DNA from: an uncultured Christensenellaceae bacterium
Lineage (GTDB): Bacteria > Bacillota > Clostridia > Christensenellales > UMGS416
Direction: 5' to 3'
Assembly (NCBI GenBank): GCA_944376795.1
Contig: CALWDW010000039.1
Span: 71,917 to 135,916 of the forward strand
Length of the DNA: 64,000 nt
The first letter of the stretch is position 1, and each line of letters begins with the position of its first letter. Position numbers and translations under genes: made by a program. The notes beneath the pieces are model-generated. The model had not been told where the DNA came from. It saw only the letters and a list, made by a program, of their open reading frames with translations, and did no database searches. Positions 43,856-51,381 of this stretch are shown in pieces.

Positions 43856-45235
43856 ATGAAGTACATAGCCAATGACGAATTTGCCGTGCGGTATATGGCG
43901 GAGCATCGGGACGAGATGATCCGGGACATTCGGACTTTGGTGGCCATTGACAGCGCCAAAGGCGAGGCTGCTCCCGGCGCGCCCTTTGGTCCCGGCCCTC
44001 GCAAGGCGCTGGATGCCGCCCTGGAGATTGGTCGCCGAATGGGATTCAGCGTGCGGAATATTGATGGATACTGTGGAGAAATCACTTGGGAAGCGGGAGA
44101 GGAAAAGGTCGCTGCCCTCTGCCACCTGGACATTGTGCCTATCGGAGAGGGATGGACGCGGGATCCTTTGGGGAAAAGCCCCATGGAGGGCAGTCTGCTT
44201 TATGGCCGCGGCTCGGAGGACAATAAGGGTCCTGCCATGGCGACCCTCTACGCCTTGGCTGCGCTGAAGGCTTCGGGCTATCAGCCCAAGCGCACGCTGC
44301 AGCTGATCGTAGGCTGCGATGAGGAATGCGGTATGAGTGACATGGTGGAGTACCTCAAGCGGGTGCCCGCTCCCAAGTATGCCTTCTCGCCTGACGCGGG
44401 TTTCCCGGCCGTCCACGGGGAGAAGGGCTTTGTGAAGGGGACGTTTACATATACCTACCGGGAGCCCAGCGCCGTCAAGGAGCTCTATGCCGGCATCCAG
44501 GTCAATGTGGTGCCCCATCACGCCTACGCAGTCCTGCAGGGCATGCAGGCGGCGTCCATGCCTCCGGCGCCCTATATCACTGTAACCCAAGAGGGGGAGG
44601 ACGTGCGGATTGCCGCCTTAGGGGAACCGGCCCACGCCGCCGACCCCGGGAACGGGCGCAATGCCATTGGCTTGCTGATGCAGTACCTGGCGCTGGTGCT
44701 GCCCATGGGGGATGGGGCGCTGCCGGGAATTGGCTACATTGCGCAGAGCCTGGGTACGGCCTATGACGGCGCCGGTGTGGGCGTAGCCTGCAGCGATGCG
44801 GTTTCCGGGGCGTTGACCTTGAATGTCGGCATTTTGCGGGGAGATGCGGCGTCCTTGACCATCCGCATCGATATCCGCAATCCGGTGACCTGCGACCAGG
44901 TTAAGAATGCGGAGATCCTGCAGGCCTCCTTCCATAAGGCCGGATTCACTGGCGAGGCTACGTCGCAGCCGCCTCTCTATCTCCCCTTGGATCATCCCCT
45001 GGTGAAGGCGCTGCACGATGTGTACACCACCGTGACCGGCGACACCCGTCCTCCGGTGACCATGGGCGGCGGCACCTATGCCCGGGCGCTGCCCTGCGCG
45101 GTGGCCTATGGACCGGGAATGCCCGGCTACGGAGGCGGCGGAGCCCATGGAGCCGATGAGCGGGTGGATATTGACATGCTCCAGAAGGCAGGGCAGGTCT
45201 ACTTCCATGCCTTTGCCGCCCTGAGCGAGCTGTAA
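43856..45235 (+). CDS. pepV: M20-family dipeptidase (PepV / Sapep-like)
   Basis: 459 aa. 'IRTLVAIDS...APFGPG', 'ALCHLDIVPIGEGWTRDP' and 'GRGSEDNKGP' blocks. RBS GAAGGAGGA. Confidence 0.85.
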   Translation: MKYIANDEFAVRYMAEHRDEMIRDIRTLVAIDSAKGEAAPGAPFGPGPRKALDAALEIGRRMGFSVRNIDGYCGEITWEAGEEKVAALCHLDIVPIGEGWTRDPLGKSPMEGSLLYGRGSEDNKGPAMATLYALAALKASGYQPKRTLQLIVGCDEECGMSDMVEYLKRVPAPKYAFSPDAGFPAVHGEKGFVKGTFTYTYREPSAVKELYAGIQVNVVPHHAYAVLQGMQAASMPPAPYITVTQEGEDVRIAALGEPAHAADPGNGRNAIGLLMQYLALVLPMGDGALPGIGYIAQSLGTAYDGAGVGVACSDAVSGALTLNVGILRGDAASLTIRIDIRNPVTCDQVKNAEILQASFHKAGFTGEATSQPPLYLPLDHPLVKALHDVYTTVTGDTRPPVTMGGGTYARALPCAVAYGPGMPGYGGGGAHGADERVDIDMLQKAGQVYFHAFAALSEL

Positions 45236-45330
45236 AGAGATAAAGGAGCCTTTCGGACTGTCCGGGGGCATCCCAGGGAAAACGCTTGGATTTGCTGGCA
45301 AGAGGCTTCCTTCGCTGACGGAGATAAACC

Positions 45331-45381
45331 AAAGGCATGCGGAAGGCTGTCGATTTTCTGACAACCTGCCGCATGCCTTTT
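45331..45381 (+). terminator. Hairpin after pepV
   Basis: 12-bp stem 'aaaggcatgcgg ... ccgcatgccttt' with a 26-nt loop, followed by 't'/'tgcc'. Confidence 0.5.
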
Positions 45382-45399
45382 GCCGTTATGCCGCGGTGG

Positions 45400-46665
45400 T
45401 TAGCCGAGGATATCACGGCTTATGCAGTCGTACCAATGGACATAGAGAACACCATTTACCGTAATGCGCTGGTTTTCCGGGAACCTTTGGCTCCACGTTT
45501 CCCCGTAGCGTTCCAGGGCCCAGTCGTCCCGGTTAAACCGCCGCCAGAGGACGGTGCGGCCCCTTGCATCAATATACTGCTCGGTGAGGGGGCCGTCGTG
45601 GAATATGCCGACCAAAAGATCGGTGTCGTAACAGCGACCGCCCAGTTCCACGGTATAGCGTCCGACACAGTCGGTGACGCTGCCTGGACGCGCTTGGAGG
45701 GCGTCGCCGTCCCGGGTGATGCGGCCCCGGGGCATGACCTGTACGGGTTCTCCTATGTTATTGTCTCCAGAGCCCCAGGCCTGGAGGAATTCGTCTCCGT
45801 CCAGGAAGGTGATGATGTGCTCTACGCCGTTTTCACTGTAGCGGTTTCCCAGCCAGCGGCAGGTTTCTTCGGTGAGTTGGGCAATGAAGTAGAAAGTGGA
45901 CGCGTCAGAGGCAGAGGACCCGGCCTTGTGGTGGGTATTGCGAATCTCTACCCCTGGGATTCCGTGCAGTATGACTTCCTTTTCTACCGAGGAGGTGTAG
46001 ATGTCGGTGATGGCGCGCCCAGGCATATCGTACTGGGCCCAGGCGCAGGATTCCCCCAGCCGGGGGACGATAAACCAGCCCATAAGTTCCTCAAAGCGTA
46101 CGGCGAAGGGCGGCTCTTGGGAGGGTGTGATGGTATATGCAGGCAGATGGGTGGGAAATTTTTCCATAAAAATCTCTCCTTTAGGTGGGTTGTCATGGGG
46201 ATAGAGGGCTTTGAAGTTGGCTTTCGCCGTATGCAGCCGGCTTTTGACGGTTCCCAAGGGGATGCCCAGGCGCCTGGCGATGGCAGCCTGGGGAATATCC
46301 CGGAAATAGTACAGATACAGGATCTGCTGGTCGCGGCTGCCCAGCCGCTGCAGCGTCTCTTCCACAGGGGTTACCACCGTAACCCCCATGCGCCCGTAGG
46401 GCATGCGGTTTTCCGGGAATTCGTCCACGGGAAGTTCCAGTGTCTTGGCCAGCCGGCGGAAATAGTCGTTGCATTGGTTCCGGGCGATGCGGAGAACCCA
46501 CGGCTTGAACGCTTCCGGATCCTTCAGCGCGGAAAAGCTCCGGTACGCGCGCAGACAGGTCTCTTGGATGATGTCCTCTGCGTCAAAGGGGTTGCGGATC
46601 CGAAACCGGACAAACCGCTCCAGTGCGGGCTTGTGTTCGGTGAAAAGGCGCAGGAAGGTATCCAT
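45400..46665 (-). CDS. ECF-type sigma-70 family factor fused to a ~260-aa soluble C-terminal domain of unknown function
   Basis: Region 2 is 'DAEDIIQETCLRAYRSF...PWVLRIARNQCNDYFRR'. Region 4 is 'ILYLYYFRDIPQAAIARRLGIPLGTVKSRLHTAK'. About 260 further residues follow with no TM segment. AAGGAG lies 6 nt before ATG 46665; ATG 46710 lacks an RBS. Confidence 0.8.
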   Translation of the reverse strand: MDTFLRLFTEHKPALERFVRFRIRNPFDAEDIIQETCLRAYRSFSALKDPEAFKPWVLRIARNQCNDYFRRLAKTLELPVDEFPENRMPYGRMGVTVVTPVEETLQRLGSRDQQILYLYYFRDIPQAAIARRLGIPLGTVKSRLHTAKANFKALYPHDNPPKGEIFMEKFPTHLPAYTITPSQEPPFAVRFEELMGWFIVPRLGESCAWAQYDMPGRAITDIYTSSVEKEVILHGIPGVEIRNTHHKAGSSASDASTFYFIAQLTEETCRWLGNRYSENGVEHIITFLDGDEFLQAWGSGDNNIGEPVQVMPRGRITRDGDALQARPGSVTDCVGRYTVELGGRCYDTDLLVGIFHDGPLTEQYIDARGRTVLWRRFNRDDWALERYGETWSQRFPENQRITVNGVLYVHWYDCISRDILG

Positions 46666-46780
46666 GCTATGCTCCTTGGGTGCCTTGGTTTTGAAATCGA
46701 TTTCAATCATTCTGACGGTTCTACGGCAGGGGAAGGTTCATGCGCGCCGCTTCTTTTTTGGCTGCCGCTCTCAGAAGCCG

Positions 46781-46824
46781 CAAAAGACCGGCGGCGCGCC
46801 GGATCGGTGCGCTTGGCCGGTCTT
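46781..46824 (-). terminator. Terminator of the URO-D-like gene
   Basis: On the minus strand, 'aagaccggc ... gccggtctt' is followed by 'ttgcgg'. It separates this gene from the downstream sigma-factor gene. Confidence 0.6.
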
Positions 46825-46863
46825 GAACCGATGGGTGGGATAGGAGATGCTTTGCAGGAAGCC

Positions 46864-47931
46864 TCAGCACACCGACTCCATGAAGCGGGCGATTTCCTGC
46901 GCCTGGTCTTCGGTGGCCACGCCTCCGATGTTGTAGATTACGCCGCCGGGAAGCAGCTCCCGGGTCAGAAGGGGAAGCTCCCAAGCCTGGGGCATGAGCA
47001 CCAGGCACTTCCCGGCCTCCTGGATGCGCCGCAGCTGAGGAATGAAGTGGGAGGTGGGCGGCTGGCCGGCTACCGGCGTCCACTGGATGCCGCTGAGCCC
47101 AGGGACCGAAAGAATGAGGTCCAGATGCCGGAGCTGTTCCTGGCCGTCCAGGTGGTAGAGGCTGTGATCCCAATGGGCGGAGATCTCCTCCAGCTCAGGC
47201 AGGACAAATTCCGCGTACATAGCGGTGGAAATCATCACCGAAAAGTCGGCCTGGAGCTGTCCGTGGCGTCCGGGCGACCAGGTGCTCATCCAGCCGTGGA
47301 AACTACCGCCGTCGTTGTTTTCCCGGAGGACGGAGAAAAACCTGTCGCTGGAATCCAGAAAACCTTCCCGCAGGCGGGCCAGGGCATCCAGCACGGCATC
47401 GGGCTCCTCCACCAGATCCATCAGCAGGTTCTCTGTGCCCCGCAGGGCGGCCAGGCTGTCCAAGATTCCGCAGTTGTCGGGAAAGGAGATCATGGCCCGT
47501 CCCTGGGTGGCCCGGCACAGGGTATCCACAACCTGCAGCTCTTCGGCTAGGACGGGGCTTTGGGGATCGTAGTAGCATACTGAGGGATCCAAGGCAGCCA
47601 GGCTGGGGTGGATCCAGACGGTTTCCGGCGTAAACTGATACCGGCAGCGCGGGGCGTATTTGGCGTGCCCGGCTGTGCCAAAGTTGCTCCAGAAGTGGGG
47701 AATGGCCTCGCCAAAGTAGGCGCAGCGCCGGAGGTCCTCATCGATCCGCTGGAGAATCCACCGGGGATCCATATAGAGGTCCCGGGGATCGGAAGGAGAG
47801 GAAAACTCCATCGGAGGCGGAGCATCCTTCCGCGGGACGATGATCGCGTAGCACGGGCGTCCCAAGGCCTCCCGCTCCCAAAAGGCAGTCAGCCGATCGC
47901 GTTTTTCTTCCCAGGCAAAGGACATCATCAA
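46864..47931 (-). CDS. Hypothetical protein, possibly uroporphyrinogen-decarboxylase (URO-D)-like TIM barrel (weak assignment)
   Basis: 355 aa. High GC3 in this frame. ATGA start/stop overlap with the upstream pseudogene. The general pattern resembles URO-D-like proteins seen in glycan loci, but no diagnostic motif was recognised. Confidence 0.6.
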   Translation of the reverse strand: MMMSFAWEEKRDRLTAFWEREALGRPCYAIIVPRKDAPPPMEFSSPSDPRDLYMDPRWILQRIDEDLRRCAYFGEAIPHFWSNFGTAGHAKYAPRCRYQFTPETVWIHPSLAALDPSVCYYDPQSPVLAEELQVVDTLCRATQGRAMISFPDNCGILDSLAALRGTENLLMDLVEEPDAVLDALARLREGFLDSSDRFFSVLRENNDGGSFHGWMSTWSPGRHGQLQADFSVMISTAMYAEFVLPELEEISAHWDHSLYHLDGQEQLRHLDLILSVPGLSGIQWTPVAGQPPTSHFIPQLRRIQEAGKCLVLMPQAWELPLLTRELLPGGVIYNIGGVATEDQAQEIARFMESVC

Positions 47932-48531
47932 ACAATCCCTCCGTCGTCAGGAAGTTCGATATGGAAGCGGAACCGGGCATCTTCGTCGTACCACATGGGG
48001 AAGTTGGTGCCCCAGACATTGTCATAGAGGACAAAGGAGATACCTTGATCCAACGCAGGCGGCGTTGACGCCGATATGCAGGAAACGGATTCCCGCCCGA
48101 GCGAGATGGGGGACAATAGCCCGGGTATGCCCCGGTACATCGGTGTTCTTGGCTCCCAGGGTATGGATGCCATACCGGGCGTCCAGTTCCCGGGCGATGC
48201 CCAGGCCGTAGTCATAGAGCCGGGCATCCGCCAGTTCGGAGTGCAGCGTGAAAGGTAGGCCGTGCCAGCTGACATCCCCCCGGCGGATGGCATTCTCCAT
48301 GGCGGCACGCCGGGGCGCGGGGGCGGTGCGGAGGTACTCTGCGATGAGCCAGGAGCCTGTGGTCCAAACAAAGCGCCGCTCCTGTCCGGGAAGATTGAGT
48401 TCTTGGGCGATGTCCAGGGCGCGAGGGATGTATTCGGTCATGTACCGGTCCACCACGTTGGCAGCCAGGTCGGTGAAACCTACGTCCAGATGGGTCTTAA
48501 ATAGAACGATGATCTTACGCAGCTGAGGCAT
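47928..48531 (-). pseudogene. Internally deleted remnant of a GH38-N-like / DUF5054-like glycoside hydrolase gene
   Basis: One frame (48531 to ~48058) encodes an N-terminus 'IIVLFKTHLDVGFTDLA...RFLHIGVNAA' and then runs into a stop at 48022. A second frame (~48056 to 47928) encodes what looks like the family C-terminal end, 'SFVLYDNVWGTNFPMWYDEDARFRFHIEL'. The middle of the protein (hundreds of residues) is missing. Confidence 0.65.
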
Positions 48532-48675
48532 GGCGCTGGGCTCCTCTCGGACGGTTTATGGAATGAAAAGCATAGATTTAGGATACGTATTACGGCGGCG
48601 ATTGTCAAGGGAAACCCATGGGCGCTGGACATGAGTATCCATTTCGCTTATCATAGTGGCAAGGCAGAAGAAGGG

Positions 48676-48942
48676 ATGGAGAAAGATATGGAGAAGCGAT
48701 GGTTTTGGTTTCTTCTGGCCGGCATATGGCTGGTCGCCGGGGGTGCCAATCTCGTGGAAGACCGGCAGTGGCAGGTGATTGCGTATGATTTTCTTGCGGT
48801 GGGCCTCTTCCTGTTCCTGGGGATATGCCAGGGCGTGTTGGAGCGGCGCGGGGATGCGGGGCGAAAGATCCTGCGTCGGATGCAAATTGCTGGGATTGCG
48901 GCGGCTCTGGCACTGGTGGTCGTGATGCTGATTCTGGGTTGA
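48676..48942 (+). CDS. Small hypothetical membrane protein (3 predicted TM helices)
   Basis: 'MEKDMEKRWFWFLLAGIWLVAGGANL...AYDFLAVGLFLFLGICQG...IAGIAAALALVVVMLILG'. The start is uncertain (48631, 48676 or 48688). Followed by a terminator. Confidence 0.45.
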   Translation: MEKDMEKRWFWFLLAGIWLVAGGANLVEDRQWQVIAYDFLAVGLFLFLGICQGVLERRGDAGRKILRRMQIAGIAAALALVVVMLILG

Positions 48943-48964
48943 CTGCGGCATGGCACGCTTTCGG

Positions 48965-49012
48965 ACAAAAAAGCCCTTTCTTCCGATGCTTGGAAGAAAG
49001 GGCTTCCTTTTA
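48965..49012. terminator. Bidirectional terminator between the small membrane ORF (+) and dgoD-like gene (-)
   Basis: 14-bp perfect stem 'aagccctttcttcc ... ggaagaaagggctt', flanked by 'acaaaaa' and 'cctttta'. Confidence 0.8.
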
Positions 49013-49037
49013 TAGGAGAAAACAAGGAATGGGAGTC

Positions 49038-50171
49038 TTACCAGTCGGCCACCGTGCCGTCCTCATGGAAGAAGCGGGGAGAATCCCAGTCGCCGGCATA
49101 GGCGCGCTCGCGAACCACGTCCTCGTCCACCTCGATGCCCAGGCCGGGGCCCTTGGGCACTTCGATGTAGCCGTTGACAATCTTGAAGGGGTTCTTCAGA
49201 TAGCCTTCGCCGCGATCCCAGCCGTTGGCCAGAGAGGGATGCTCCTGGATGAGGAAGTTGGGGGCGCAGGCATCCAGCTGCAGGCAGGAAGCCAGGGAGA
49301 TGGGGCCCAGGGGGTTGTGGGGCGCCACGGAGGCATAGTAGGTCTCGGCCATGGCCGCGATCTTACGGCCCTCGAAGATACCGCCGGCGTGGCAGATATC
49401 GGGCTGCAGCACGCAGGCAGCGCCCTTCTCCAGCACCTCGCGGAAGCCGAAGCGGGTGAAGAGCCGCTCGCCGGTGGCGATGGGGATGGTGGTGGACTCG
49501 GCCACACGGACCATGGCGTCCACGTTCTCAGGCTGGCAGGGCTCCTCGACGAACATGGGGAAATAGGGCTCCAGCTCCTTGCAGAGGCGCTTGCTCATGG
49601 CGGGGGAGACCTGGCCATGGAAGTCGATGGCGATATCCAGCTTCTTGCCGATGAGGGAACGGGCCTCGGCGAAGCGGGAGACATAGGTGTCCACGAACTC
49701 GAAGGAATCGATATTCTTCACCGGGCCGGTCATGCCGGTCTTAATGGCGGTGAAGCCAGCCTCCATGCGCTCCTTGGCGTTCTTGGCGAACTCCTTGGCG
49801 TCCTTGCCGCCGCAATGGGAGTACATGCGGATCTTATCCCGGACGCGGCCGCCCAGCATCTCGTAGACGGGCATATTGTAATACTTGCCCTTGATGTCCC
49901 ACAGAGCCTGCTCGATGCCGCTGATGGCGGAGGTGAGCACGGGGCCGCCCTTATAGAAAGTGGTGCGGTACATGCTCTGCCAGAGATGCTCGATGCGGAG
50001 GGGATCTTCGCCGATGAGGATCCGGGAGAATTCCTCCACGGCCTTGGCTACGGTCTGGGAGCGGCTCTCGACGATGGGTTCACCCCAGCCGACAATGCCT
50101 TCGTCGGTGGTGATCTTCAGGAAATTCCAGCGGGGGAGCACGTAAAAGCACTCCATCTTGGTGATTTTCAT
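49038..50171 (-). CDS. dgoD: Enolase-superfamily dehydratase, D-galactonate dehydratase-like
   Basis: 'MKITKMECFYVLPRWNFLKITTDEGIVGWGEPIVESRSQTV...LWDIKGKYYNMPVYEMLGGRVRDKIRMY' closely parallels the DgoD N-terminus. 377 aa. RBS AAGGAGG. Confidence 0.8.
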   Translation of the reverse strand: MKITKMECFYVLPRWNFLKITTDEGIVGWGEPIVESRSQTVAKAVEEFSRILIGEDPLRIEHLWQSMYRTTFYKGGPVLTSAISGIEQALWDIKGKYYNMPVYEMLGGRVRDKIRMYSHCGGKDAKEFAKNAKERMEAGFTAIKTGMTGPVKNIDSFEFVDTYVSRFAEARSLIGKKLDIAIDFHGQVSPAMSKRLCKELEPYFPMFVEEPCQPENVDAMVRVAESTTIPIATGERLFTRFGFREVLEKGAACVLQPDICHAGGIFEGRKIAAMAETYYASVAPHNPLGPISLASCLQLDACAPNFLIQEHPSLANGWDRGEGYLKNPFKIVNGYIEVPKGPGLGIEVDEDVVRERAYAGDWDSPRFFHEDGTVADW

Positions 50172-50197
50172 GGTATGCCTCCTTACCTTAATCTATA

Positions 50198-51103
50198 TTA
50201 AGCTTTGCTCTCTTCCGACTGCTTCAGCTGCGCCTCTTCCTCTTCCATGGCTTTCTTCCAGGCGGCACGCTGGCGGGCGCGCTCCTCTTCGCGGGCCTGC
50301 TTCATCTCTTCGGTAACCGGCCAGACGGCAGGCTCGATCTGGGTCTCCACAACATTGGCCAAGAGGGCGCCGCCGTCCATATAGAGGCAGGTGCCGGTGA
50401 TGTAGCCGGCTCCGGGATTGGAGCAGAGCTGCGCCACCATCTTTCCCACCTCATCGGCGGTACCGAAGCGGTTGAGCGGGATTTTTTCCGCCAAAGGATT
50501 CTTGGCGCCGCGCTCCTGCCGGCGAAGCTGCTCGTCCCGAATGATGGTGTACCCCGGCGCCACCGAAATAACGCGGATGCCGTTCTTGCCAAGCTCCATG
50601 GCGGCGTGCTCGGTGAACTTGTTGAGAGCAGCCTTGATGGGGCCATAGAGATTGGCGGTCGGCCAGTGGCCGATCTGATGATTGGAGGTGATATTGATGA
50701 TGACGCCCTGGGTGCCATGCTCCACCATGTTCCGCGCAGCGGCTTGGGCGCAGAAGTAGCTGCCGCGGAAGTCCACGGAGATCACCTGCTCAAAGAGCTC
50801 AGGCGTGGCCTCCAGGAAGGGGCAGAACCGGGTGATGCCCGCGTTATTGACCAGTACGTCGATGGTGGGGAATTCGGCGAAGAACTCCCGGAACAGCTTC
50901 TCGATATCCTCAAGCTTGGCAATGTTGGCCTGGATGGCGATGCTCCGGCGGCCCATGGCACGGATCTTTTCGCAGGTATCCAAGCCGCCTGCTTCATCGG
51001 AGTTGTAATTAACGGCAACGTCGTAACCGGCTTCCGCAAGGTTGAGGGCGATTGCCCGGCCGATTCCTTTGCTGGAGCCGGTAACCAGAGCTGTTTTGGC
51101 CAT
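50198..51103 (-). CDS. Short-chain dehydrogenase/reductase (SDR) with a ~50-aa charged C-terminal tail
   Basis: 'ALVTGSSKGIGRAIA', 'NNAG' and 'YGPIKAA' (YxxxK). The tail is 'EEMKQAREEERARQRAAWKKAMEEEEAQLKQSEESKA'. Lies 26 nt upstream of dgoD. Confidence 0.88.
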   Translation of the reverse strand: MAKTALVTGSSKGIGRAIALNLAEAGYDVAVNYNSDEAGGLDTCEKIRAMGRRSIAIQANIAKLEDIEKLFREFFAEFPTIDVLVNNAGITRFCPFLEATPELFEQVISVDFRGSYFCAQAAARNMVEHGTQGVIINITSNHQIGHWPTANLYGPIKAALNKFTEHAAMELGKNGIRVISVAPGYTIIRDEQLRRQERGAKNPLAEKIPLNRFGTADEVGKMVAQLCSNPGAGYITGTCLYMDGGALLANVVETQIEPAVWPVTEEMKQAREEERARQRAAWKKAMEEEEAQLKQSEESKA

Positions 51104-51330
51104 AGAAGAAATCCTCCTTTGGGAGATGTATCATGACGCAGCTATTATAAGCCTCTCGAGCGGGAGAGTAAAGTATGGCAAGGAAACTGGTCAATAACAT
51201 CCTTAGTGGAGGGTTGAAATCCTGCATAGCCATGATGTGAGACCCAAATGAGATAAAAACCGGGATGAAAATTGGGGAATTTGCAGGAACTTTCTGAACG
51301 GGAGGATGCGGCCCGCAGGCGGAACGGCGG

Positions 51331-51366
51331 AAAAAGAACGCGCGGCGCCCGTTCTGGCGCCGCGCG
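51331..51366 (-). terminator. Rho-independent terminator of the FucI-like gene
   Basis: On the minus strand, the 11-bp stem 'cgcgcggcgcc agaacg ggcgccgcgcg' is followed by 'ttcttttt'. It separates the FucI-like gene from the SDR-dgoD unit. Confidence 0.85.
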
Positions 51367-51381
51367 GCAGGGAATTATTTC

